Positions 1 to 16,045 are shown, counted from the stretch's first letter. The stretch is 64,000 nt of DNA from the human T2T-CHM13v2.0 reference genome, Homo sapiens (GCF_009914755.1 NC_060928.1); one strand, 5' to 3'. Numbers and translations: made by a program. The notes: a model not told the origin generated them from the letters alone.

Positions 1-220
1 ACTTAGCCAGTGTAGTCCTTCCACGTTCCTCTGCCTGCTTTTATCCTAGCTGCCCTGGCAGCTGATTAGATGGTGCCCACCCAGACTGAGGGTGGGTCTG
101 CCTCTCCCAGTCCACTGACTCAAATGTTAATCTCCTTTGACAACACCCTCACAGGCACACTCAGGAACAATACTTTGCATCCTTCAGTCCAATCAAGTTG
201 ACACTCAATATTAACCATCA
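1..220 (-). mobile_element. MLT2A-type (ERVL) LTR, 5' part, cut by window edge
   Basis: Reverse complement reads TGATGGTTAATATTGAGTGTCAACTTGATTGGACTGAAGGATGCAAAGTATTGTTCCTG..., the recalled start of the MLT2A consensus. Confidence 0.88.
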
Positions 221-1602
221 GAGTCACACAGTTCTCTAAAACAAAATTATTTCCTAAGCTCTCTGTAATTTATCTTTATGATTTTAAAATGTATATTTCA
301 GATAAGTTCAGACGCTTTTTCATTGATTGCAATTCAGATTCCTTCAAATGTCTTCCTTTCTCCAAGTAGATGGCTATCTTTGTTTCTCTACTCTATTCCA
401 CCTCCCCACTCCCACTCCCTCCCAGAGAAGAATTTTTCATAAATTTAAAGGGCCACACATTTTTCCCAAGGTGCTAAGATTTGCTCCAGACAGATCATTA
501 GGGCTTTCTGCAACTTATCCTACAACCTGAACCCAGCCCACACCATCCTCATTAGAAGGCAGCCTACAGAGCATCAGCAAAAAAAGCTGAATTTTTTAAA
601 GGAGAATGCCCTTCCATAGGACAGAGACAACAGAACAAGAATCTAAGGACTATGGGTCACACTTTCTAAAACTCAGCAGATCTGTCTGGAATCAATGTAG
701 TAGACTTGAAAAATCAATTTTTCTAGTTATGCAAATGAGTTTAACTGGCTTTATTTTAAATAGAGAAGATTGACTGTGTTGGATCAGTCCTCTTTTTATT
801 CCAATCAAATGCAGAGTAATATAAACAAAGTATGAGCAGAAGAAAGTTGGGTAGAAAATTATCTAATATACACTATATAAGAGTTCTCCTATGAGTGCGA
901 TTCCTTCTGCAGAGGGTTGCCCTGTTAGTCTTCTTTTCTTCTGGGTCTGGTGTAGTGCCTAGCACCTAGTAGGTCTCAATAAATATTTGTTGGATTAATA
1001 AACAAAATACCCAACTTTAAAAATTTCCATTGTGTGTACTATATGAATAATATTGAAAGGTACTCAATTAGTATAGGGTGAAGAATGCATGGTCCAGCTA
1101 CATTGTTGTTAGCCGAATAGTTGTTAAATTATTGTAATTTAAAAGAAGTTGGAAAACAACTCCCCACCACCAGCAGCCCTGCCCTCACTGCTCAGTCCCT
1201 CCCTCATTATCCCACCTCCCAAGGTCCACTCACTGAAGAACGAGGGCCTGGCGCCTTCACTGGCCATCAGTTCTAATTGGGCACATTCTGGCTGGCAATG
1301 TCTGGATGAAAATATTTTGAATATAATTCTCAAGTGTGTGTTGAACCAAACCCTCTGGAAAAGCATATGACGTAAAGTGCCTTAAGTTATATTTATTGTC
1401 CATGAAAAAACATTCCTGATAGAAATTTTTAGAAGTTTTTTATTGCTGATATGTTTTCATAAGACTATGGAATACACTGTGAAAGAAACTAATTGTACAT
1501 AAGGATCCTTTTGTGAAAATAAATTTCATTCTGATTTAATATAAACCCATTAAAACATCTCATTTACCTCTCTTACAATTGATTTTGTTGTATTGTTAAA
1601 AG

Positions 1603-1830
1603 GTTTTCTGTACAAATTTGGCATTGCAGAAGTATGTTTCGAATAGTATGGGAAAAACAAATTATCAGAGTTTATCAGGGGTGGGGAATATTTACAAATC
1701 CTCAACAAAACTTGTAGTGTTTGGTCACATGAAGACAAAAACATGAAAGAATACCTGAGAAAAATACTTGAGACAAAGAGAGAAGAAATAAAGCTGTTAG
1801 TCATGGACACTTCTGATGCATTTTGTACAG
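1603..1830 (+). other. Weak candidate (pseudo)exon
   Basis: ttgttaaaag|G acceptor and CAG|gtataa donor; 228 nt; one frame has 75 codons with a single TAG (1644-1646); no homologue recognised. Confidence 0.15.
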
Positions 1831-2937
1831 GTATAACTTTCTATACTACAGTGTATTCTTATTTATCTTGCAGATAAATCCTCCCTTCCATTTTGAGTTT
1901 TGAAAGGGGAAAAATAGACAATTTATGAAAGCATGAAATATATTCAAAGAGCTCTCATAACCCGATTAGGTGTTCTTAAGCTCTCTCTGAAGTTTTGATA
2001 TAATCAAGTGAATAAATAATTTTCAAAAATCGTATGTAATACATTTGTAAGAGCATATCTTATTGCAGATAATTTCTTTATAGAATTATGCTTCAATACA
2101 TGACAGGAAACTGAATTTTATTAGACAACTAAAACCATAAATAAACAAGGTGAGACTGTTTTTACCGAATTGGGAGATAGAGATCTTGTGAAGGTTTTAT
2201 TAGCAACTATCAGCTAGGCCCAACAAATGATTATGGCGAAGCTTGGAAAGACAGTAGTCCATCTTAACATAGTCAAAAAGATTTCAATACAAATAAGTGT
2301 CAGGGTTCAAACAAACATATACATCCAAAATTGCTTTGCCTTGGGATAAATCCTGTCTTTGTACCACTAGTCTCATGAATTTCAATCTTCCATAGTAAGT
2401 TTGTAGTAAGGCAAAAGATAAATAAAGACATAGGGCATCCAGTAAAGTCATGGAGCCCTGTGAAGTCTTTACCCTGAGGATTAAAGAAGCAGGTGGTAGG
2501 ATAATCAGATCTTATTTGTGGGCCTGGTTTTCTCAAATACGGTTTGTGCTTTATCAAATGTTTTCTCCAATTTTCTATACTTTTTCAAATCTCTTTTTTT
2601 CTCTCTCTTCAAAATCTTTATCAGACTCTCCCTTAAAAATACTGTTTCCTTTAATAATTCAGAGTATTCAGAGTATTGACGATCTAATAGATTCTTAAAT
2701 ATGCAACATAAAAATAGTTGGATGCGCCAAATAAATTCCTGTATTAAGGTACTATAATTTTATTTTTCACCATATAAAGAGAGCATCATCTGAGAAAGAT
2801 ATTTGGGAAGTAATTACCAAACAAGCTTCCACATAAAAAATGAGGATAGTTGCTGGTCAATCCATTCCCTATTTCAAAACCATTGTGTAATGGATTATAA
2901 AACAATTTTATAGCCTATCTTTAAGAATCACAGTGGA

Positions 2938-3960
2938 CTAATTTACACTCCACCAACAGTGTAAAAGCATTCCTATTTCTTCACAGCCTCGCCGGCATCT
3001 GTTGTTTCCTGACTTTTTATTAATAATCACCATTCTAACTGGTGTGTGATGGTATCTCATGGTTTTGATTTGCATTTCTCTAATGACTAGTGATGCTGAA
3101 CTTTTTTTTCATATGTTTATTGGCCGCATGAATGTCTTCTTCTGAAATGTGTCTGTTTATATCCTTTGCCCACTTTTTGATGGGGTTGTTTGTTTTTTTC
3201 TTGTAAATTTTTTTTAAGTTCATTGTAGATTCTGGATATTAGCCCTTTGTCAGGTGGATAGATTGCAAAAATTTTCTCCCATTCTATAGGTTGCCTGTTT
3301 ACCCTGATGCTAGTTTCTTTTGCTATGCAGAAGCTCCTTAGTTTATTTGGATCCCATTTGTCAATTCTGGCTTTCCTCAAGGATCTAGAACCAGAAATAC
3401 CATCTGCCAGCAATCCCATTACTGGGTATATATTCAAAGGATTATAAGTCATTCTACTATAAAGACACATGCACATGTATGTTTATTGCAGCACTATTCA
3501 CAATAGCAAACACTTAGAACTAACCCAAATGCCCATCAATGATCGACTAGATAAAGCAAATGTGGCACTTATACACCATGGAATACTATGCAGCCAGAAA
3601 AAAGAATAGGATCATGTCTTTTGCAGGGACACGTGTGAAGCTGGAAGCTCAGCAAACTAACACAGGAACAGAAAACCAAACACCACATGTTCTCACTCAT
3701 AAGTGGGAGTTGAACAATGAGAACACAGGGAGACAGGGAGTAGAACATCACACACTCGGGCCTGTTGGTGGATGGGGGGCCAGGGGAGAGAGAACATTAG
3801 GACAAATACCTAATGCATGTGGGGTTTAAAACCTAGATGACGGGTTGATAGGTGCAGCAAACCACCTTGGTGCATGTATACCTATGTAAGAAACCTGCAT
3901 ATTCTGCACATGTATCCCGGTACTTATAATAAAATAAAAATAAATTAATTAATTAAGAAA
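2938..3960 (+). mobile_element. L1PA (approx. L1PA6-8) 5'-truncated, 5'-inverted insertion
   Basis: 2938-~3374 is antisense ORF2 3' sequence; ~3373-3960 is sense ORF2 end, 3'UTR and A-rich tail; perfect 15-bp TSD AAGAATCACAGTGGA at 2923-2937 and 3961-3975. Confidence 0.95.
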
Positions 3961-4004
3961 AAGAATCACAGTGGAATGAGGGGGCCTTAATTCTTGGAGT
4001 TGGG

Positions 4005-4165
4005 AAAGACATTAGAAATAATCTAGTCTGTGTTCTTCATTTTATAAATGAGGGAACTGAGGCCTGCAAAGGTCCAATCACTTTTACAAGATTATACATC
4101 TAGGTAATGGCAAAGCTAAAACTCCTCCCTAGGACTCCTGCTCTCTATTCCAGCACTGTGCACAT
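4005..4165 (-). mobile_element. MIR SINE
   Basis: cattttataaatgagggaactgaggc is the reverse complement of the MIR core. Confidence 0.75.
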
Positions 4166-4833
4166 TATACCATTCAACATCTTCTGTAGTAGTAAAAATA
4201 TAGGTATCATTGCAGAACATTCCACTTTTGACTGATACACATTCAAATCCCACTATCCAGTATGCATATACAGCCTTAAATGAGAGTCTAGTTTAGAACA
4301 CAGCAACTGGCAATGTGTTGTTTTCTCAGTTACTTCAATTTCTCTCTATGGAGTCTCCATCTGTCCAGAAAAACATACGTATTTTGATGAAAACCTTAAA
4401 CTTCTAAGGAAAAATCACTTGAAGGCTAATGTTAGATACATTTTTAAAAAAGCAAATAAACTTTTGTCAATAAGTAAGGAAAAGAATTATAGAGTAAGCT
4501 CTCCAAAGAATAGACTATTCGGTTCCAACCTCTCTCTGAGGTGTGTTGAGGTTCCTCTACACTCACGGGGCATTAGACAGTTGATTCTTTTTCTTCTCTA
4601 GTGCATCATGTGCATAGAGTAGTATTAAAAATTGGTTTGGACACAGGAGTCCATCTTAAAGCGGATCACGTGTGACCTTGTACATTGTTCCCACACTTAG
4701 GTAAACTCCTTCCTCTTCTCTTCCAACCCCTGTGCCAAAGCCCTCTGAAAATCCCATATGTTATTGCTTTGCAAAACTCAAATCCTGTACATTTGTCCTT
4801 GAATATGACAGTAATGTATAGTTTATTTTCCAG

Positions 4834-4939
4834 ATGGAGAAAGTCTTTGTCATAAAAATCAATAACTTTAAAATGTATATATTAGTTAACAGTAACTTGG
4901 AAGTGATTCAAAGGAAAAATAAAGCTATTTTCACCATTA
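4834..4939 (+). other. Weak candidate exon
   Basis: tttattttccag|ATG acceptor and TTA|gtaagt donor; open frame MEKVFVIKINNFKMYILVNSNLEVIQRKNKAIFTI. Confidence 0.18.
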
Positions 4940-5770
4940 GTAAGTCCAAGGGACTCATAAAACTTTCAGTGGTGTTTGAATCAAAATATAGGCTGCTCTC
5001 TCTTCAATTAATGGAAGTTGCATAGGAATGTAAGATGGCCTTAATTTATGTAAGTTCTTAAATTTTTTTATATTTTTATTATGTATTGCCTTTAGTTTAA
5101 ATTTCTACATAAAACTAAATGACTGAGGCATATTTTTGCATGTACATATTCAAACAATATTTCTCTCAAAATATTAAGAACAAAGTATATTAATTTCAGA
5201 TATCCCAAACTTGACAATATGTTAAGGTTATGTATATTATTAGTTTTTCTATATAACTCTCATGCTAAACTAATTGATATTTAATTTAAAATATTATTAT
5301 ATTTTAGGTCACAATTTGGCTCCTTAAAATCTAAAAAGAAAAACATTTTTAAAACCTAATAGAAAGATTTCTGAGAATTTTAATGAAAGTTAAAATGGAC
5401 TAAAACCATTAAGCTGTACAGGAAAGTAGATTTCGCTGCCTGGATTAAATTAAGAGCTGCCTTAAAAATACATATTTTGATATATAAAATATTTTTTCAG
5501 AATGTTAAATACATGTCTATAATAACATTGCTTTAAAAGTGAAACCAATTAATTTTGTTTCATTATTCAAACTGGGAAAAATACTAGAACAAAAAAAAGT
5601 AATGAAATAAAATACATAGGTGGTGGCTGATTTATGTCTTTTTTAGTCTTTTAGCTATTTTATATGACTTTCAGTTTAATAATTTAGCATAGTATTACAA
5701 GCAAAAATTAAACTTTCTCTCTGTGTATCCAATTTCTTTCTGACCATGCCACTTCCATGTGTTCTCTCAG

Positions 5771-5856
5771 ATATGAGTTAACAAGACAAATGAGCAGAGA
5801 AACTATGACTCTCCATGCTGCAGAAGGAAAATGCTCCTAGCGAACATCTGCTTTGG
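5771..5856 (+). other. Weak candidate non-coding exon
   Basis: Pyrimidine-rich gttctctcag| acceptor and TGG|gtaaag donor; stops in all three frames. Confidence 0.18.
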
Positions 5857-6142
5857 GTAAAGTAATTTAATTGCAAAGATCACGGTGGTATGTTGAGATT
5901 TATTTCAAGGGAAGAGCAAGGAAGCAAAAGAGGGCAGTGGGAACCCTTGACACCCTCCTTCCTTATGGAATTTTATCATCAGCGGTGAAGGGGCCAAGAA
6001 AAATCTGTCTTCTTTGCTTTCCTTTGTATCAATTTCCTCTTCTGAAATAAGGAAGTCTAAACAAAATAGTCTGGACTTTGAAATATTTTATATATGTATG
6101 AAATATTTTATGTATATCTTTTTCTGTACACACATGTGCAAA

Positions 6143-6146
<4 letters not shown>

Positions 6147-6177
<31 letters not shown>
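6147..6177. repeat. (CA)n microsatellite, about 15 units
   Basis: Uninterrupted AC run seen directly. Confidence 0.97.
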
Positions 6178-6180
<3 letters not shown>

Positions 6181-8129
6181 TCTAGCCCTTGCCATATTTA
6201 GATGTGTTCTCTGGACAGTAAAATCCACCTTAGCTTATAGAGGCTGCTAATTTTCCTGAGATTTCCAAGCCTATTTAAATCTATACAACGAGCGAATGTC
6301 ATTAAATGAATCTGTAGGCTCAGGATAAGTGGTTCACCTATATACCTCCAAGACCAACAATGAAAAGCATTCTAACCAAGGCTTATGTTGAGGCAATGCT
6401 CATTTAGGAAGTAACATGGACTAGACTGTGATTTATGGAGAAATGGTGGCATAGATACATGTAGACAGATAGGTAAGTTGATTGACTGCAGCAGAAATCT
6501 GCTGTTGTACAATCTGTTCAGATACTTGGCATCATTAGAACATTTATGGAATAATGTCTATTGTGTAAGTCATTACCATAATTTTTTAGAGATAGTGGTT
6601 GAGATAGTAAATATTCAGAATTTAGGGCATTCATCGGATCTACTAAGACGGACAGGCAGGGAGCACACAGTGGTGTTATAGATGTCAGTAGGTTCCTAGG
6701 GTGCCCAGGTTAGGTCTTCTCTTTCTCTTCAACAATTCCAGTTGCCTTTCAGATACATACACGAACTAAGAACAACCCTTTCCACTTAGAGAAGTGGAAG
6801 GAAGCAAGGAGAGTCTTATGATACCATTTTGAATGAAATAAAAAACGTGGACTCCATGACAAGTCAAGCAGATTCAAAACATGCAAATGAATAGATTGAA
6901 GTAGATGCTAAGTGACATCTCCCAAAACATACTTCAAGGCTGACCAGTGAGTTGTGAGGCTCATCCGTGGAGGCTCAAAATGGATCTTAACATGCAAGTC
7001 CTTTCCTTCATTCCTACATGTGGGTGGTCTGAATGTTCTTGGACCACTTCTATGTTCTTGTATCATTGGAGGTCACTCAATAAAACTGAAGTGCATTGTT
7101 GATAGTTGCTAACATTTGGTATGCATAAACTAAAATTAGCATGATACTTAAGTTTGCTAAAGACTTTAATTCCATAATCCTAATAGATTTCCAGTGATTG
7201 AACAATATTATACATCTCCTCTTGTACAGGAGCTAATGAATGGTAAAAGTCAAGACCAGAAGCATTTCTCACACTAGCACAGTGCTCTTAATAGTCCATT
7301 CAGCTAAATAATAGGTTGGATCACAAAAAAACAGACTTTTACATACCTTCATAGTCCAGAATAGGAGGTCAAATCTAAGAAGAGGAAACTTGCATAGGAG
7401 TAGAAATTGTACACTTTTAGACTTCATTTTGAAATGCCAGATGCAAAGTACAGGATTAGAGAGTCTTTGCTTTATATATATTCGTGATAAACAACATCAC
7501 ATTTCAGTAAGAACGTTGATGAACTTGACTTTGTGCAGGGAAGGATGAATGGTCTGGGAAACATACAGTTGAAAGAACTGAATATGGAGAAAGGATTTAG
7601 AGTAAGTAGTTGTCAGATGGAAAACTGATTCATTATTCTGTAGGGTTCTGTGGCTTCATTTGTGAAAATACAGAAAAGAGATGTGTTAGACAATTCCATA
7701 AAAGGGGATGCTTTCTTCTGCATCTCAGTTTCCTACTCTGAAAGAGGATAATTTTATTAATCCTTGGGCCAGAAACAATGAGGGAACATCTACTTAGCAT
7801 CTAAAATCTTTATAACATGTAGGGAATGATGTGCTTTTCCCAGTTCCCCTGTTTGAATGAGGGACTAGTTTTCCTAATTACTGGAAGTGCTTGCCGACTG
7901 ACAGCTCTCAGGTATCACAAGGCTGTGGAGTGGTACATCCAGAATCAGACACACATAAGGCTGGGACACACAAATAAGCTGCAGGTAGTCCAGATATTAG
8001 AAACCCCCTGATACCTATCATTGATGCCCCAGTGCCTCTTTCTCCACTTATTCCTGTTATAATATCAAGGACACTCACTTTATAGCGAAGGAAATGAAGC
8101 AGTGGGCAGAGGTCCATGGAATCTAGGGC

Positions 8130-9185
<1,056 letters not shown>

Positions 9186-9229
9186 CTCTCAGAACTTCAA
9201 TCCCTCCTTAGGCTCCAATGCCACCTGCT

Positions 9230-9895
9230 ATTCAAGTCACTAACATCTTTCACCTGAAACAGTGTCTTGTCTCATAGGCCGGCCATTATCCACCACATCA
9301 CAGCTAGAGGGAACTGTCAGCAACAGAAGTCAGATCATGTTATTTTTCTGCTAAAAACACCCCCAATGGTTTTCCAACGCCCTTAAAATCAACTTGAACT
9401 TCATGGCCCCAGGCTGCTCCACAGACCTCGTCTCCTACCGCTCTCCCTCATGCCCACGTGGGCCAGCCATATTGGCTTCACTCTCATGAGTATGCCAAAC
9501 TCCTTTCATATCAGGAGCTTTCTCTACCCTTCTGTGTCTAGGATGCACTTTCTCCTGATCTTCACACGGCTGGTGGTGTCACTTCCTTTATGTCTCTGCC
9601 CAGATGTCACTTCCTCAGAGGGGTCTTTCTAGACACTATATCTAAAATACCCTATGTCATCTACAACCTAACTGATTAGTTGGCTTTATTTTTTTCATTG
9701 TACACGTAACAATTTCTAATGAGATTGTTATTTTATTATTAAAATGTGATTTAGGTATTAAATATTATTTAGGTATTACTGTGAGAATCCCTCATTTAGT
9801 GTAAGCTACATGTTTATCTTTATATCTCTAGCACCAAGAATAATGCCTGCCATGTGCTAATTCCTCAGTAATTATTTATTGAATTAATGAATGAT
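9230..9895 (+). mobile_element. L2a 3' fragment
   Basis: Degenerate L2 3' region (aagtcagatcatg...) ending in tatttattgaattaatgaatga. Confidence 0.75.
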
Positions 9896-10149
9896 GCATA
9901 TATAATGTTTATTAAAGATTAACCAATGAGTGCCTTCAGTGAATTTGTTGCCATCATTTGCAGTGGATTTTGTTGCTTTTCCTTTTAAAGAATAAGCCCA
10001 AACTACAGACCACTCTTAAGAATATTATGAATGAAAAATCTGTATATCTATCATATTTTTTAAAACTATGGTTATTACATGACTAGGGTATATAGTATAT
10101 TACCCTGAAAAAAATTCCACTCTCCAGCTTACTTTGGTAAGAGTATTTA

Positions 10150-10520
10150 ATTTGCCTGAGCCAGATTTTAGTTACAAACTTCCAAATGAGTCATTGTTTC
10201 TTTGGGAACATTTATCCTACCTGTTTCCACCACTTCCTCTGGGGAGGTTAATCTAAATTCTGATAATACCAAGAAAGGCAGAACTTAAGTTTTGTTCTTA
10301 TTATTAACAAGTTTAAATGACTACTTTTGAACTTTTCCTTTTATTTGAAACACATAATTGTGACTTTCTAAATTGAAGTCAGCCATTAATATATAATTCA
10401 GAGCCTACTGGATGACTTTTCTTTGTGGATACTGACGTCATTGTTCTCTTTCTCAATGGTACAAACAAAAACACTTCAGAAAGTAAACCCTTGTCTATTG
10501 TTACAGTAAGGTGCATAAGT
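10150..10520. promoter_or_regulatory. Candidate enhancer with AP-1, CRE and SOX-like motifs
   Basis: TGAGTCA at 10187-10193 and TGACGTCA at 10433-10440, each overlapping CATTGTT, in apparently non-repeat DNA; motif evidence only. Confidence 0.3.
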
Positions 10521-11007
10521 ATTCAAGCCTATTTTTTAAGGTAACCTTTTAGGTAATTACAGACACTGTCCTGCCATTTTATGGAGGGGAACTTATTGAT
10601 TTATATTTTTTTAAAAAACAAAAGGATTTGATGAAATGTTCAGCTAGCCAACCTGACAACTCTTTTATTTTTGTTTTGTAAGAGTCAAGCTTGACTTCTT
10701 ACAAAATTACAATTTAGATGTTAAATGACATCTCTTAGGAACATTCAGAAATAGAGATAATTAGAAAAATAAATTTGGAAATTAGCTTGCAGGGCCCTTG
10801 GTTAGGGATCTTTGGGCATAGTGAGCCATCTCTTTAAAGAAAAATGAGGTACTATCTTTAAGAGAACTGAAGTTACCTGGACCAAATCACAGCATGGCTT
10901 ATCTGCTTCCTCCCTCCCTCAAAGGTAAAATCCTCTCTGAGACACAGAAGTATCTGGTTAAATTTTATCTCAAGATAGCCTACTTGGGACAACATGCATT
11001 TACCTGC

Positions 11008-11446
11008 TGTGGTAGACAGAATAATGCTTCCTGGAAGATGTCCATGTCCTTCTTCCTAGAACCTGTGAATATGTTAACTTATATGGCAACAGGCATTCTG
11101 CAGATGTGATTAACAACCTTAAGATGGAGAAGCTATCCTGGGTTATCCAAGCAGGCCCAATGTAATCACAAGGGTCCTGGTAGGAGGTCAGAAGAGTCAG
11201 TGATGTGACAATAGACACAGGTCAGAGTTATGTGGCCATGAGCCAAGGAGTGTCGGCTGCCTCTAGAAGCTGGAAAAGGCAAGGAACAGACTCTCTCTTG
11301 AAGCTTCCAGAAGAAACTGGCTGTGCAAATACTCCATAGGACTCATTTTGGCCTTCTTATCTCCAGAGCTGGTAAGAGAATGAATTTGTTGTTAAAGCCA
11401 CAAGGATTGTGATGATTCATTACAACAGCAATAGAAAATGAATACA
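11008..11446 (+). mobile_element. MLT1C/D MaLR solo LTR
   Basis: Starts TGTGGTAGACAGAATAATG, contains ctagaagctggaaaaggcaagg, ends aaatgaataca; 5-bp flanks CCTGC/CCTAC. Confidence 0.9.
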
Positions 11447-12641
11447 CCTACATTACCTTGACCACAATTTTGGGTGAAGACACTAGTTAAATATTTGCCT
11501 GAAGCTCACTCTGTACATTTGGGCATAAGAAAAGCTCTTCAGACTGTGGTTTTGAGGCAAAGTGACACAAGGGAGTACAGATCCTCTTCAGCATGTAAGT
11601 TTAGTTTAAGCTTAAGCATACTTTACATCTTAAATTTTTTAATGTATCTACTCAAATCTAGTCTAAATCTAGTGTAGTAACTCTGAGCAGAAGGCATAAT
11701 TCTAATGAAAGCATAGAAAAAATCTCAAGGATTATATGTGTAGTTTGAGTAAGGCATGGCTTCGTTTCAAATGAAATGAAATCAGATCATGAGATTTAAG
11801 ATTGAGAAACGCTGACTTAGAGGCACTGAGACTTGTCTACGTTTCCTGGGAAATTCTTCTTATACTTTATTTTTCCTCTTCACTATCATTATGACAGTTT
11901 CCTATTGTATTACATTTATTTAGTTCCTTAACTACACCATTGATTCCTCTGTGATTAGGATCATGCCTTAATCATTTATGTGATTCACACTTAGCACAGG
12001 GATAATGATTTAGTTTATGCTCAATATGTGTTTAATAAATTTGAATTCTCATTCTGGGATTTTAGGATCTTTTGCTGAATATCTATAATTTTAAGATCCT
12101 TTGCCAAATATTGTAGAATTTTTACCATGCAGATGCCAATGAAAGCATTTGGTACTGCTGATCAATAAATAATTGTTTGGCTCTATTAAAAACTACACAC
12201 TTGTATCCTGTGTCCGATTTTTATCTCCCAATTATTTGATAAATCTTCATTGATTGTTTTATTTAAAAATTATTTTTTCTAGAATGTTAATGACAGAGCC
12301 TTTAGAAATAAGTTACATAAGATTAATGTTTTATTTTGTTGGTTGACCTCTCAGGGCTTTTTTCCATTTTGGCCTTCAGAAGTCAACAAATTAAATTATG
12401 AAACTATTTCTTCCCTTATTCTTTCACATCTTTGCTCCCTATTTTTTTCTTTTGCCTCATCCAAGTGAGGATTCTCCCGCCTGGATTTTAACTGTCTTGA
12501 TTTGTAGCTGGCTCTTTTCTATAATGTACTTATGTCTTATTTTATCTGTAAACTATTATGTTAATCTGAACCCTAGAATCTTTTAAGCGACGTAATCACT
12601 TACAATGTTACCAATATCTCCTTCAGAAAATATTATTTTGA

Positions 12642-13089
<448 letters not shown>

Positions 13090-14920
13090 CTAAAATAAAA
13101 ACCAAAAGCTTCACTGGTAAAGGTTACTACCCCATTGGATTTTTTATTCAAGTGGTCATAATTTTAAAAAATTAAATTTTGTGCACTTTGTAGACTAAGT
13201 TTTGTCTGAAAGTAGGTAACTTTGAGGTAGAGCAAACCAATGCCTCAAAAAGGGATTTCCTTTATTACCAGCTAAGGAGTATTTTTGAATATCGATCACA
13301 GCTAATAATTTCTGAGAATGCATTTACTTTTTAGAATATTAACAATTTTGATCATACAGAATTATTTTTTTTTGCACTGAGAAAGAGAAATCTCTATTCT
13401 TCCTATAGTGAAAGTGCATGGCACATAACAGTGCAATAATTTTATCACTTTCACTCATAAAATAATTGCAGAGTGGGAAAAGGCATCCTACCAAAGGAAA
13501 AAAAAAGTAAGGAGAAAACCTATGTTAAATAATGAAATATCTAACTGTAGAAATGTTTTTAAAAGTAACATTGTTCCTTTAAATTTAATGCTGACCACAA
13601 TGCTTTGTAATTTTCCTTACGAAAACTGGATTTTCCCAGCATGACACCCAGTGCTGGCATCAATATCAGACGCTTAAAAATACTCATGCCAAGGAGTTAA
13701 CAGGAAATATCTTGGCAAATTCAGAGTCAAAAGGAAAGCACAAAATTGTCAGAACGCATATCGTGTTTCTCAGAATTATCTGTATCATGTTGGAAGTTTT
13801 TATACGGAAGTGTGTGTTGACACAAATGATTAAGGCCAGGATTCCTACAATTGACAGGAAAATGACCTATAAATAATGACCTCTGATGGACTTGTCATGC
13901 AGTCATTAAGTGAAATATTCTAGTACCAGTTTCCTCTCTTTGGTATCCCAGTTTCCGGCTTCTGTGAAGTACTTTTCCTTTGCGAAGATCACTCATTTTA
14001 CCTGAGACCATCAGATTTTCTCTGGGCTTTATGAAATGATAATTTCATTTACTGTCTTAGCAGATAGCAATATCAATTGAGTTTCACAGCCTTTTTGGGG
14101 CACATTTTTGCTTACACGAAAATTTTTTCTGAAGAACCTCTTATTTCTATTGTTATCTAAAATGCAAAGTAAACTGCTTGAAATATTGAAAGTTTAGGAT
14201 TTTTTCAAGTTTAAGATAAAAGTTAATTTTTAAAGTCATTAAGCAACTAGTTTGCCTATTATTTTATATAATGTATTGTCGATTTTTCATTAAATTTATA
14301 CATTTCAATATAATTCCTTGGGAAATGGTATTCAGAAACTTGCAAATGAGATATTATATTTCAATTATCTCACCATATATGTATATCATAAATGAAATGT
14401 AAATTTCTAGAAAACTAATTTTATTAACCAAACTGAGGACAGTGAATGAAATCACAGTTCACTTTTAATTTTCATAGGGCCCATTCAGGTTTTCTTCTCT
14501 TTAGTCATTTCTCCTTCTAACCCCAAAACACCCTATGAACCAGTGGTCTATTTTTTTTCCTTCTTCTTTCCCTTTTTCCCTTCCTTCCTTCATGTCTGTG
14601 GGTAAGAGATTGCAGAGGAAAAGTAATAAGTGATAAGCCCTGTCTTCTAAACCCACAAGCAAGATGCATGGATTTAAGCACTTAAAGGAAAAGAAAAATA
14701 AAGAATTTGAAACTATGTCACAATATCACCATATTATATTACATCAATAAATAACATCATTGAAGCAAACATATAATTGAGCCTGAGAAACACTTACAGG
14801 AATCAAAAGCTGAGGGCTGCACCACCAAAGAGAGAATCAGTACCCTATAAATTCTACATTTCATGACTTATGTTGCTCATTCTAAATGCTAATCTTGGGA
14901 TAACATTTTTTTAGGAGCAC

Positions 14921-15230
<310 letters not shown>

Positions 15231-15712
15231 TTAGGAGCACTTTTAAAATGACCACTTTTAAAACTCCCACATAAACAATCTCACATTAGAAGATATGTAA
15301 GAAAGAAATAATATATTGATCCTGTAACAAGGTATAGAAATTCAAAATGAAAAGGACCTTAGAATTATTTCATTTAAACTTCTGATTTTAGAGCCAATGA
15401 AAGTGAACTTGAGAGAACTTGGAGCCAATGCGACTTGCCTACATCCACAGGGTCAAAAATAAAACTGGTCTCTAATCAACGAGAATCTGATAAAACATGC
15501 TGTATGTTCTGAAACCCAATTCTAATCATGAGCCTTGGATTAATTAAAGTCCCTGGAACTTGCAATTTCTGTTCTCTCCCTCTGCCTCCTCATACATTCT
15601 CTTTGGATGGCATGTGTACCAAACAACATTGCTGTGTGGTTTACACTAGAGGCTGGAGACTATGAGAAGAGGAATAAGACCCAACACCTACCTTTATAAA
15701 AGACTCACAATC

Positions 15713-16045
<333 letters not shown>

